A DNA stretch of 62,926 bases, counting the filler, from Circinaria calcarea (Eukaryota), in the NCBI GenBank assembly GCA_051942165.1. It is 7 parts of 7 records of this genome, joined end to end, with 100 filler letters (N's around TTAATTAATTAA, not from the genome) between each part and the next. Parts side by side here need not be neighbours in the genome. Positions count along the whole stretch, not along the records: positions 18,021 to 26,924 come from JAVECS010001025.1; positions 27,025 to 35,928 come from JAVECS010001026.1; positions 36,029 to 44,930 come from JAVECS010001027.1; 4 more parts are not named here. One strand, written 5' to 3'. Under the pieces are notes generated by a model. It had not been told where the DNA came from. It ran no database searches and worked only from the letters and a program-made list of their open reading frames with translations. The translations under genes were made by a program, and so were the position numbers. Shown in pieces: positions 23,590-36,204 of this stretch. Numbering within the stretch: the first letter of the stretch is position 1; every line of letters starts with the position of its first letter.

Positions 23590-26009
23590 TTCACCGGATT
23601 TCAGCCGCCTGCGCTTTTAGACGGGCTATATATTCCTGGAAGAATTTACGGGCGCCGTCGATGTGCTTGCCGGCCGAGGGCTTTGTAAATGTATAGTATG
23701 GAGGAGATGTGCCGCCAGATCAGTAATAGAGCTCGTTAGCTCGGAAGGAGTCAGGCTGGCAAGCACGATCTCCCGGCGGTCTAAACTAGTTGCCATAATG
23801 GCTTGGCCAGAGAGGTCGTTCAGAGTGAGCCTTATCCCGGTGATTTCAAGCCTGGCCAAAAACTCATTAAGCTCTCCTATCAGAGTACTTGTGCGATCGT
23901 CTATGCTAGTGTTTTAACTTATACTCTGTAGTAGATCCCTTAATATCGCCAGGACAGCATCGTACATTGTGCATGATTGATTCAATTCGTCTTGGTGTTG
24001 CGTGAAACGATCCTCTCGCGGTCGGCGTTTGATCCGCTCCCTGCTGGAAGACTCATTGGCCGAGCCAACGGCCTTAGATCGCCGTCGTTTATATCCTTCT
24101 AAGTATTTCGACCCTGCCTCAGGAGGACACGAACGGTCTATCGGTGATTGAACGTTGCTATCCCGACGATCAAAGCCAATTCCAAAGCTTCCAAGTTGTG
24201 AGTCGTGTCTCTTTTCATTGCTTGGGGAGCTTGGGGCTCGGAGATTGCAGGACTTTAGGACGCTATAGGTATGATTGAGGGTATAGCGTCCTGTTTGGCT
24301 ATTATTATTATGACTTGGACTCTCCCCCACCGTGTCCCAAAGAGTGCCTAAAAGCATAGTGGTCGAGCCATCGTCATCGCCAATTTCATCCTGCAAAGCC
24401 GTCTACCGTGGTGTTGCACTTCCCGAGTCAACAGAGTGACCGTCGAAAAGCCCCACATCGCATCCTTTCGTCAGACAGGCACTTGCAGAGAGCCGCTCTT
24501 CGGGTGTTATCCGCAGCATTCCAGTTGTGAGAAGATCTATCAAGTTATCCGAGTCCCAATCGTTAGCGTGACCAACAACACGACGGCACCAAGCGACTCA
24601 CCATTCTTGTACTACTGATAGTACATCCTTGTGCTGCCCATGTCTCTGCCTGGGCGCTTCAGGAAGCCCATATAAATACTACAAAATGACCACTCCTAGC
24701 GACCACAGATCCACTGAGGCTGTGTACTGATTCCCCAAGTAAACCTCAGGCGCGGTATATCGCTGGGTGCCACAAATAGTTTACAAGTCGGGTCTATCAT
24801 TCATAAGGCCGAAATCAGCAAGCTTAATGCTTAAAGGAGTTCGAGATTCAATAAGGATATTCTCCGGCTTCAAGTCTCGATGCGCCACGCCACGCGGATG
24901 TAGGTACCGAAGCGCGTTGAGGGCCTGGAAAAAAAGGGCTGTGGTTTCTTCCACGGCAATGGTGCTTTCACTGTGCAGTTGCTCCAGATTTCCGCGAGGA
25001 AGATATAGCATTATCAGAAAAGGCAGAGGGTCCTCTCGGAACTCCACGACCTAAACGATGTTTTCCTTCTAGAACGATCAGCTTCATTTAATCTACAAGG
25101 GTGATATACTTACATACGGATTCTCCCTCATAATACGGATCTCTCGGCGAACTTGGTTAAGCCAGTCTTCATTCTGTTGCTTCCTGCGCTCCTTGCCCTT
25201 TCCCCATTGAAATTCATAAAATTCCTTGCGGGCATATATCGCGCCGGTGCTCACGTTAATAACTTTATCAACCCCTCCAAACGAGCCTCTTCCCAAGTTT
25301 CGTTCGCGAATGTAGATAGGATATTATCTAGGAATGAGGGGCTGACTAGGCTGTGCGATAATCCTATGGCTATCAAGCTCAAGCTCATCGAGCAGAGGAG
25401 GAACAATACAACTGGATTTAAGAAACTCCTTCACCTCCTCGTCGTATTTGGCTTAACACATCTCATGACTAGCCAGCTCGACCTTGAACTCAAGCCCCTG
25501 AACGTGGAACTCGACTTCCCATTTTCCTTCCCCCCTTTTTAGGTCCAGAATCCAGGTGAAGTCATGCCGCACCTCCTTACTTACTTACCCACTGTAACTA
25601 ACGGCCGTTCCGTTGATTAATTGATCCCTCAGTATAAGATACTTTCCGTCATCGAATATATCATCGAAAGTAATATAGAAATACAATCCACTAATACCGT
25701 GTGCACCCTATTCCCTAACAGAACATCACATTACTGCTGGTTAATACCAAAACAGTATCCTTGGGTACAATCCCTTGGCTTCTTGGTTAGCTGGAGGCGA
25801 TGCGTTGAATCGTATTCGTGATGGTCGTCATTAGGCTGTCCTTGGGCGGGTATAGCCTCCCGACTGGAAATAGTAGGGCCTTCGGGGATCCCTTAGATAA
25901 GAGGCAGATAGCGATCTTCGTTGTCCTTACAGCAGAACGCGTTCTCAGCCCGTTTCTTCTTATCGACCGGTATCAACGTGGCGATGAGGTTTGGGTCTTC
26001 CTTTTCCAT
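23590..26009 (-). pseudogene. FHA-domain Ser/Thr protein kinase pseudogene with RIP-like damage
   Basis: FHA-like GISG.YF.I..D..INGT; kinase motifs [54 protein letters not shown]; in-frame stops (e.g. 25893, 25731, 24781) and a frameshift near 25710. Confidence 0.88.
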
Positions 26010-26151
26010 CTTCGATGTTTTGAACGGAGATATTAGGATGGGCAGTCCTCCCCGTTACCAAAGTTATTATAGACGAGACTCTCTGCTATTGAAATCCGAG
26101 TACTATCTCCGTCGTAAACGTACTGGCGCCGATGGTTTTGCGTTATCGTTT

Positions 26152-26356
26152 TGTAACTGAGGGGTAGGCCCATAGCAGGTTCCCCGAGTTTCAGCAGAAG
26201 GTCCTTGAACGTCGATAGAGATATAAACTCGATGGCGATGTGTAATTACTGGAGGAACCAAGTAAATAGAGTGGGCTGGATGATTAGATAGAATACCAAG
26301 ACTACGAACTTCGGGAGTCCGAGTGGCTAGAGAAAGAATATAAAAAAGCTGAAACA
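26152..26356. mobile_element. Possible short solo LTR (about 205 nt)
   Basis: TGTAAC...GAAACA with a near-TSD, CGTTT / CGATT (4 of 5 match); borders AT-rich relic. Confidence 0.4.
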
Positions 26357-26924
26357 CGATTAATATTTAAACGAAAAATATTAACGGATATAGAAATTTC
26401 GGTATTTAAAAAAATCCAGGAACTTGAGTTTAACGAGTACTGTAGTTTAATTAATAAATAATATTATAAAATAACGAGAATAGAGATATATAAGAAATTA
26501 ATAAAACGAAAGCTAGTATTAATAAAAAAAAAAAAATAAATTATTAAAACGGCTAATCTGAGAGAAAGGTTCGAAAGAGCTTCTTAAATCGGAATATTTT
26601 TAAAGAAAATCGAATTTATATAAATACGATTAAATAAATTATAAAATTTAATTAAAAGCGCTATACGCCGTTTAGAGCCGTTTAAAAGATAATAATATAC
26701 GAAACGCGTTAAATAAAAAGAAAAAAATCTAGAAATTCCCGAGGAAATAAAATATATTATTAGATTTAAGTACGAATTTATAAAATTCTAAAAATAATAT
26801 AAAAAGCTAAATAAACTCCGAAACGAATAATATTAAATATAATAGGCGTTTTTTATAATAAAAAAAGAAATAAAATTTATAAAAAAAATTTTAAAAACCA
26901 CTCGATTAAACGATTTAGAGGAAA
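26357..26924. repeat. AT-rich, RIP-like degenerate repeat relic
   Basis: Very AT-rich, A-skewed, TpA-rich sequence running to the contig end. Confidence 0.75.
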
Positions 26925-27024
26925 NNNNNNNNNNNNNNNNNNNNNNNNNNNNNNNNNNNNNNNNNNNNTTAATTAATTAANNNNNNNNNNNNNNNNNNNN
27001 NNNNNNNNNNNNNNNNNNNNNNNN
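26925..27024. other. Artificial contig spacer
   Basis: N44-TTAATTAATTAA-N44. Confidence 0.99.
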
Positions 27025-27418
27025 GGAATGGATGGATGGATGTGTGGAATATGGGAAAATTTGAAGGAAAAAGGAGGGACGCGCTTTTCGTTTGTAGGTA
27101 TAGTTAGTGCATAGTACACACAATTTATGATAAAGGGGGTTTGGTGAAATGATGCAAAGGTGTGATTTAAGAATGATCGTCTATCGATTAAGAATTAGAG
27201 TCTAAATGAAGGTGTGCTAGGACTACCGGACCATGACCCCAAAGGTCTGCATCTACATCTATGGATACGTCATCTGAAAAGTGCCGTCTATTTAAAGATT
27301 AATTTTTTCCTGGATGTTTTCAAGTTCATTTTATAACACTTGCTCCCCAAATCCCCAAACCCATAATCACTCCCCAGCCTCAGCCCACTCCCTAGAACGA
27401 AGAAAACCCCAACACCAC

Positions 27419-29079
27419 TTACTCCTTCCGAATGACAACCCTCATACCCTTACTGTCCAACCGCGGCGCCGTCGTGAAAAAGTCATGCCTGACCTGCACG
27501 TCCGTTTCAAAGTCCGTCTCGAAAAGCTCCATCGTGCGCCCGAAATTCCGAAAAACGGCCGCCAGGGTATGGTAGAATTCGGCATAGGCCAGATTGATCC
27601 CGACACACTGGCGGGTTCCCTTACCGAAGTTGAAGAGGTACTTGGCCTTTTCCTTAGCGTCGGGGCCGAGCCAACGCTCGGGAAGGAAGGTATGCGGGGA
27701 AGGGAAAATGGACGGGTCGTCGTGGATGAAGAGGGAGGTCATGCCGACGGCGACGCCGGGTGGGATGACCCAGTCGTGGTATTGGAGGGCTTTGTCGGGG
27801 TGCACGCGGGAGAGGCGGTGAACGGTGCCGTAGGAGATACGTAAGCCTTCGTTGATGATAGCCGTGAGGTAGGGCAGTTCCTCCAGCTGGGCGAGCGTTG
27901 GCATCTCCGATGGTTCGGGAATCAGGGGTTCGAGCTCGGCAAGGAGTTTCTCGAGGACGGGCGGGTTCGCGAGGATGTGATAGGTTGTGGAAAAGAGCAT
28001 GTGCGCGGATGTAAGCGTGCCGGCACCGACGAGGGATTGGGCTTCTGTGACGAGACGGTCGAGGCGTTTTTCTACTGGCGGAATCTTGGGGTCTTCCGTT
28101 AGAGAATGGAAGACTGTCGCGTGTGAAACGTTCGCATGGCCTTCTTTGCCTTCGGTCGAAAGGATTGAGCTGATATATTTGCCGTAGCTAACACGTTGTG
28201 CGCGGAGGAGACCGGCCAGCGGGTTTACAGTTCGGACGAACCAGTCTGGAAATAGATTCATGGTGGGAATCATGTAGGGGAATTGCTTGATACTGGAGTA
28301 ACTGATTAGTTTCTCTTTCGGCCATGGCTCACGTGACGTTCCAACTTACGTATGTGAGAGCTCCGAGGGTTCCTGGACGAGATCATACGAAGCCGGATCG
28401 AAGTCAGGTTCGAAAAGAGCATTCTTGCAATTTGCAAAGCAATACTCCGTGATGATGTCGTGGGTCAAGGCAGCATAAGCGTGGACCATGTTAGCGGGCT
28501 GCCCAGACTCTTGATACTCTCTTAGCCTTTGGCAAAGATTGCCGACAATCTGCTGGATGACAGGTTCCAGGCGCCGAATCGAAGCTTTGGAAAAGAAGGT
28601 GCTGAAGCCGTTCCGACGGAGACGATGAAGCTCATGGCCAATTGTACCAAAAGCCATATCGTTACTTGCAAACATTCCGGCAGACCATTGTGGCTTCTCT
28701 ACGTTCTTGGCAACGCTCGGATACAGCTGATTGAGGAATGCGGGATCGCTAACATGGAGCTCATATGGGTTGATGCGTACTATATCGCCTAACAAAACAT
28801 CTGGTCAGACGGGATTTCGAGTCGCAAACTTCACAGCATACCGTATTTTTCGTGCATCGTCTTGATTTCCCACACATACTGCCCCCGTTTCTTAACATCG
28901 TAGTAGAATTCATACCAGTAAGTTGCAGCTGCGAGCTTCGGACCCGGGAATTTGGCTAGAGGACTGAAATAGAGTCGATACACAAGGCCGTAGATACCGT
29001 ACAAGATATACAACAGAATCACAGCGGCCGGGGTAATGACACCCAATGGCGCCGAAAACACATACTCAGTCAAAGTCAT
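27419..29079 (-). CDS. Cytochrome P450 monooxygenase (trichodiene oxygenase/CYP58-like group), 3 exons
   Basis: N-terminal TM helix, [45 protein letters not shown] (I-helix), EGLR (ExxR), [14 protein letters not shown] (heme-binding Cys). Confidence 0.93.
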
Positions 29080-30166
29080 CGTAAGACAATACAGCAAGAG
29101 GGTTTGGGGAGTTCAGGCTGGATGTTTAGCCAACTTGACCTGCTTGGAGCTCTCAGATATAAAGAAAATCCCTGAAGAACCGCGAGAGACTCGGCCACTA
29201 AACATCGATCTGCTGAGCATTTCCCCTCGGCCTTTGGTTGTTTCCGAATGCCGCAGCGGACAGTGTGCAGTACTACCTCCGTCATGGCGCGCAAAAGGAC
29301 ATGTAAATGGAGTCTGCATGGGAAACGGTGAGCAAGGGCGTCCGACATTGCATAAGTCAAGGTGGGTTGAATGAGGTCAAGAGACACTGCAATGCACATT
29401 GTCGGAAATTTTGAACAAAATTGAATACGCCCGGTGTGGATCAATGGTGATAACTGGAAAGGGGGTGAGGTGGGTCTTATCCACGACTCGATGAAAAATC
29501 TCCGAAAGCTACATCATCCGGTAAGGGCGGGCTTTACGTATTGACATCTGCATGCACAGTGCAAAGGTGAACTTGGAGACAGGAAGTCTCAATGGCTCTC
29601 TCGCTCGGTGACCGAGATCACTATGTAGTGAGATGATAGTTTTAGTGTCCTTTCCGTGCTCGGGATCGCCTTCGGGCCGGCCAATTGCCGACAGAACCTA
29701 GGGATTAGACCTTCGTCGTCGTCCATATACGGGAATCAAATCAGTCAAGCAGGAGCTCCGTTCAACCATACTATTTCAGTTGCCCTGGTTGCATCTGCAA
29801 GCCATGACCTGGAGAGATCCGAGGTCAAGAACGGGCTTGTAGCCTTGGCTATGTCGGCTGCTGTCAGATTTGGAAGCAGAGCGTTGAGATCGGTATACAA
29901 GGGATCCACCTGTCATAGACTAAATGCTTATCAGAGGAAGAGGACCATGCAGCAGTCAACGGGCATATGTGCATCACGATCAAGGCTTGGCTCCAACATT
30001 CCAGACAGTTGCTTATTGCCAGCCTTCCGCCTTTCTTTCGCTCTGCTTTTCAACTTCTCGTTCTTCAGTCAAACAGAGAATATAGCAAAACCCCTACATT
30101 GTACCCTGTGCTTTGCTCCTAGGACTTCACGTCAATCAACTACAGCTTCCTAACACTTCCCTTACC

Positions 30167-30804
30167 ATGGCTGAAACTCGGAAGGTCCTTTGCTTGACCA
30201 TCTGCGGTTACAAGAAGAAGGGCATGAGTCAAGAAGATTACCGTGACTACATGACAAACCACCATGCCCCTCTCGTTCAAGGCTTGATGTCTCGCTATGG
30301 CGTGCTCTCATACTCTCAGGTAACTTCAGACTCGTCAGTTCTTCGCCAGTATCGGGACCGCTGACGCCTCCTCAACAAGACTCACTGTTCGGACGAGACC
30401 AGGAAATTGATGGATCACCTCATCGATCCTCAGTTTGCCAATATCGCCGACTATGATTGCATCATCCAATCAACCTTTCCCGACGTCGACAATTTTGTCC
30501 GGATGAAGGCCGACCCCTTCTTTAAGAAATATGCAACGCCTGACCATGAGAACTTCGCTGATACCAGAGCCTCAAAGTATTCTGCGTCTCCCCTTTTTCT
30601 CATACAGGCATGCTAACTAATTCGTCAACTAGGATGACAATTGGCTGGATCGAGCAATTTGTGTACGACGGAAAGGTTCTTAACGATAAGCCCAACCCAA
30701 TAAACGTCCACGAGGAGGAAAGCAAAGTCCCAGAAGAGGAGGCCAAAGTACCTGAGGTCAAGTCTAGCGAGGTTGGCACTAAAGAAACTGAAGTAGCGGC
30801 TTAA
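30167..30804 (+). CDS. EthD-domain protein (MdpH/TpcK-like decarboxylase or dehydratase family), 3 exons
   Basis: LCLTICGYKKKGMSQEDYRDYMTNHHAPLV..|..DPQFANIADYDCIIQ..F..MKADPFF....PDHENFADT..SK|MTIGW. Confidence 0.85.
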
Positions 30805-31885
30805 GAAAGGTTGCGTCCGCTTCGGATTTGGACGTTCCTTGTTGCAATGGAGCAAACCTTATACAATCTGGCGTAATGATGCAAATCCTGATGCGATGGG
30901 TTAACGATTGATCTTGTCTATTCAACCCTATTATTTTTCCGACCTAAGCGGACGGTTTAGTAGACCTCGCATACTTTAGAAGGCGTTGCACACGGACAGC
31001 TAGTATGGATGGTAGGATGATTGGGTTGGGAGTACAACACGAAGAGTTAGAGTTGCTTCCTATATATGCACTGAAGTCGTTCTTGTCGTGCTCAATGAAA
31101 CTTAACGTTGCTCGAATCCGTCCCATATACAAGCACCTTCTGTATAAGTGTAACCAACCTACTTTCGTATGTAACCCCTTTTCTTGCCTTCGGAGTTACA
31201 TCTTACATTTTGGGCAATCATATAGTAATTAAGCCACACGGAAAGGATATCGAACAGATACGAATCCAAAGGAGTGGTCCATCTAAATAAAGCACACGGC
31301 ACAGGTAAGCTTATGTGTTCTCCGTGAGCGGAGAGAAAGGGTGTGTTCCTTTGTGGTCCCACTGCGAGGGGCATTCCATACATTTGCAAATGCTAAACCA
31401 ACCGCTATCTGTAAGAGATGGCCAATGGTTACTACATTGCCCAGGACATTCAACGAGATCGTATTGGTGTTTCGTGTGCGACTTTTTAAGCGCCCGTTCA
31501 TGTGATGGACCATCTGATTCGTCAGGCGGGGCGGCCTGTAGCTCATCCATCCCCCTTTGAACTCCTAGAAGCCTCGGCTCCATTCGCTTTAGTCAAAGAC
31601 AGCCTCTTGCAGAAACAGATGCAATGGTTGCAGCTATTCCTTCGAAACGATGCCTGTGACCCAATCAATCCCTACTGCATTCGCTGCTCTTACACCAGGG
31701 ACCTGCACTTCCAGCACAATTCCCTCCAGCGTACGGCGACGAGGCTGCCGGCCCCTCCTAAGTTCTATCCCTACTGATGGAGTTGCATCGTTCCTGTGAC
31801 AATGACTGAGCTGAGCGCGTTCAGTTCCATGACCATCATCGCATGCAGTCGTCGCACTTGAGACTTCGAGACTGCCTCGCTCAAT

Positions 31886-34800
31886 ATGAGCAATCCCTAT
31901 CCCTTTGGCAGCCCAGCGGAGGATGGCGCGTTGTTGCAATCACCTAGACGTCGCCAACGTGCAATCCAGCCTCCGTCTCTCCTGACGACCTCACTGAATA
32001 ATGCACAAAACATTGGTCTTGGCTTAGCAGCGTACACCCCAACGCCGCTGTCGAGTAACACGTTGAGCAGTCCATTCTCTCTCCATCACTCATCGACGTA
32101 CCCAGCATCCCCCGGAGGTGCTGCAAGAGGTACTTCACCCATGGCTTTGCGAAGTGCTGTTGGCACCGGTGGACCTTACAACCCTCAGCAATGGGGCCGA
32201 ATCAGCAGCGAGAATTCGCCTATACCGGCAACAGGCCCTATCTCTTCAGCAACACAACGGTTCCCGTCTACAACGATAACTACGTCCGCTACTCAACCAA
32301 CAGGGCCAGATGGTAAGGTTTCATCCTCGTCTTGGAAGACTTGAGTTGATCGCTGTAAATGCAGAACTTGTTGGCTCCCCTCCCCCGCCATACTCCCCCA
32401 AACGACCACGAGAACTTCAAGCTTCAGCTTCAGCCCAGAACAGCGTCACACCCTCGCCATCTGACACCATGTCTCCGGGTACCGATTATTCCCTCAACGG
32501 TACACCCCTCAGTGCTGCAACGGCCATGTCTATGTATGGATCATCACCGCTGCAGTATGGTCGAAGATCGCCGCGTTCGGCCATACATGCACGACATGGC
32601 AACTCGCCAGCGACCTCGTCAACCGCGTGCTTTCCGCCTCCACCTCCTGCCGGTAAACGTGCTCGGTCGTCATCTAAGAACCACGCAGATAGGCTGCTGT
32701 CAGCAATAACTTCGAGAGGAAAGAATGCCAATACTTCTTTCCCCGTCAACGCAATAGAGTCACTTCATGAAACTACAGCTCAAGCACTGGCTGGGACGTC
32801 AGAAGCCTTACAGGCTGGCTCTTCTTTCAGACCTCCAGGAGCTCGGAGAGCAGCTTCGACAGGGGCAATAGGTCTCGGTCCATCTACATCTCGTTCGTCA
32901 AACGTCCAGAATTCGGATATCTATCAAACGGGAATGCCCCTTCCTCCACCACCGCCAGGACCTCCACCCGCGGGCTTGCGCTCGCAGAGTCTTTGTAGAG
33001 CGTCAGAACCCTCCTTGTCAACTTATGACCCTAATGCAATTGTGCGGAGCAGGCATCCACCGGGTCGAGGAACTAACCTTGGTGCAGTTCCACCTACTCC
33101 AGCGGACTGGAGAGACGAGGGAGGAGGAGACCCACGTCACTGGCCACATCGACCGGATCTGCCAGAGCGACTACAGTTGGATACTCGGAATCAAGTACAG
33201 CAGCCTAGCGCAGAAGATAGCTCAACAGTACTTTCTGCATCAAGGCAGGCTTCCGATGTCTCGCAAAATCGCGAAGACTTTTCTAGTGCGACACTTCTTC
33301 GTAGCCCTGCGGTCAGAAATCGGAGTGTACAGGGTATCAGAGAACGACGTAACGAGAGTAGGAGCGGCAAAGCACGAGTGGCCAAGGATTCAGACGATGT
33401 AGCTGATAATTCTGATCCCTGGGCAGATGCGTTGAGTACTGTAAAACCCACAGACCTTGTTCTCCCTACGAATAGCGATGGCTTGTTAAGAAGACGAATG
33501 TCTACCAGATCTACACCAAGGAGCGCGAAGAACCCACGAGGCCTAGATGAGATCTTGGGGAGCGCAGATATGAGGATGTCCTCTGGTCAAGGCTCCAGCT
33601 TCGACTCATCCTACTCAACTCCCCGACCAGAGTCTGCGCGTTTCGGTCAGGTCCAAGGAAGTTCAACGCCGACGACACCATTTTCCGCAAACAAAGAATC
33701 TCATCAAAAGCTTAGGGTCAATGACCGCTATTCGCCAAGTTTGCCCTTCAAGGCCATCCCAACGCCTCCTTTGCAACACTCAGGTGGTACGTTGAGATCG
33801 CCACAGCCAATCAAGCCAGCGGGAGATGAACCCCGTCCTGTATCCCACTTACTACATACCCCAAATCCAGATCTTCCAATCCAAATCTTACCACTGAGCC
33901 CTGGGTGTTCGCAGCCGTTGTCCGCTTCCAACAACGTCGATAGCCCAGTAACCTTTGCCCAAAGCGCCATAGAGCGTCATCGCAAATTCGTTGAGAGTGA
34001 AGCAGTTGCAGCTAATGACTCCCAACGGCTTCATCTGTTCACGCTGTACATGCTCGCCGAGTCAAGGATCCGACGCACTAGGTATTCGTCCACATTCGAC
34101 GAGGAAGAGATTGACCCATCAGAATTGGTGCAGGGCATGTTTGATGTCTCACCCACGACATCAATTCAGAACAAGGAAGAGTCTGCGGAGCCAACCACCA
34201 AGACCTCAGTTGGAGGGAGTCGACGTTCTTCTGGCACATCATTTGCTGATTCACATAGCCGCAATGCCTCTACTACGGCTACTTCTGACGTACTTTTAAC
34301 CCTCGATACCTCCGGCCCAAGTCAGGCAGAGGCTTCGCGACGGAATGACTACGTGCCATGCCTGTCGCCAATCGCAAGTATGAGCGCCGTTACATGGTAT
34401 GATGGAGCAGAGTCTCGAGGTAGAGCTCCGAGTCGATGGTGGGAAGGCGAATCCCACCACTCAAGTCATGAAGATGGTTTCAAGGTGCTAGAAAGGTCAA
34501 AGCGAGAATCGAAATATATGGGCGTGCCACTTGAGGGACTTAACCCACCAGCTTTCAATGATTCAGGAACCTCTCCTCAAGTAAACTGTTCTCACTGGAA
34601 CGACGCTAGTACATGTCAGGCTCCAGCATACGAAAGTGATGAGTACCCGCCTGAAAAAGCTGGCCGGCACGAAGAATCATCAAACTCGTATCCATATCCT
34701 TATCCCTCAACACCACAGTCAGCACCCTATACGCCGGATCCCAGAAGATTGGATATATCGAGATTGGTAACATTACCACCTCCTTTCCCTCGCCGCCATC

Positions 34801-35928
34801 CCGCGGTCAGTAACAGCCATCCTGATTTGGCTGATATTAGAAACGTCGTGCGATCGCTAAACGACCTTACTGAGGTAGAATCAACCAGACAGATCTATAA
34901 GACTCAAATTCTTGAGAAGCGGAAGAGAGCTGACTCATGGATCAAACATCAGAGGTCTTTGCATAGCCAGGATATCCAATTCCGGATGGAGAATAGTGAG
35001 ATTTCTCAAGTGCAATTTGACCAAGCTGAAGCAGATATCGAAGCCAAGGAGGCCAAATCGAAGAAAGACATTACGCAAGCGACCTTTGATCTTTTTCAAA
35101 ACACCGTCGTCTCTCCTTTGCATGCTCTCTTCATGGAACGCATCAACAAAGCCACGAATTCATTTGACCAACTCAGTTCTCGCCTCTTTTCGGATGCCCA
35201 AAGCCATAGTCCTAATTTACCACAGGAAGAAGGAGACGAACAGCCGGAGCTGCTTGAAAAGCTGACGCAATTGAAATGGCTCTTCGAAGCCCGTGAAAAT
35301 CTGCATCTGGAGACCTACAACCTTCTAAGCGAACGTAACGACACATACAAGGCCATCGTTCTCCTTTCATATGATCAATTGCATGATCACGAGAAACTCG
35401 CCGATGCCGAATCCTTCTTCGCCAAAGATGCGCAATCTCGAAAAGTAGCTTTCGAAAGTGCTGCTTCGAAGCGCTTCGACCACTTTCTTTCTATTATCGA
35501 GTCACACGTGACGCGTGGCGTCGAGATCCAACTCTCCGCGTTTTGGGATATCGCGCCGCCTCTTCTTTCTCTCCTGCAACAAATCCCCACTTACAACCTC
35601 CAAACCCTTGACATCTTAATCCCACGGGAGGAGCTCGACGAAACCCCTCTCTATTGGACGCACCCTCTCCGCTACCTCTACAGCCTCGTCTCTCACGCTG
35701 AATCGAGCTCGCGGCAGTTTATCGAAAGCCAGGTCTTGCTCTGGTGTCTGCTGCAAGAGGTACGGGAGGCAACCATGGGTGCGAAGTGGCGGTTCCAAGA
35801 GAGCAAAGGCGATGTCGGGTGGGAGAAGGTGGAGGAGAGGGAACGGGAGAAGAGGGCTGTGCTGGATGATTTGAAGGAGAAGGTCGGGGTAGTGGAGGGG
35901 CAGTGGGGGGAGGCGTTGGGAGGGGTGA
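31886..35928 (+). CDS. Large fungal hypothetical protein (more than 1300 aa; disordered S/P-rich N-terminus, helical C-terminus), 3'-truncated by the contig edge
   Basis: ORF 31886-32311 spliced (intron about 32312-32363) to a 1.2-kaa open frame; LDISRLVTLPPPFPRRHPAVSNSHPDL and PELLEKLTQLKWLFEARE look like conserved blocks. Confidence 0.85.
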
Positions 35929-36028
35929 NNNNNNNNNNNNNNNNNNNNNNNNNNNNNNNNNNNNNNNNNNNNTTAATTAATTAANNNNNNNNNNNNNNNN
36001 NNNNNNNNNNNNNNNNNNNNNNNNNNNN
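35929..36028. other. Artificial contig spacer
   Basis: N44-TTAATTAATTAA-N44. Confidence 0.99.
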
Positions 36029-36204
36029 TAGAGTTACGATGAGCAGTGTTCTATTTCCCCCGATTTCGGTTTGCTGCCTCAACGTTAATCATCACGAGGC
36101 TGCACGAAAAGACATACCATTGTGTCAGCATCAAAGCCTTCCGCTTCTTCTTTTTGATAAAAGATTAGGAAAGGTCTGTAGTAAGATTTACATCCTGTGT
36201 CCTT

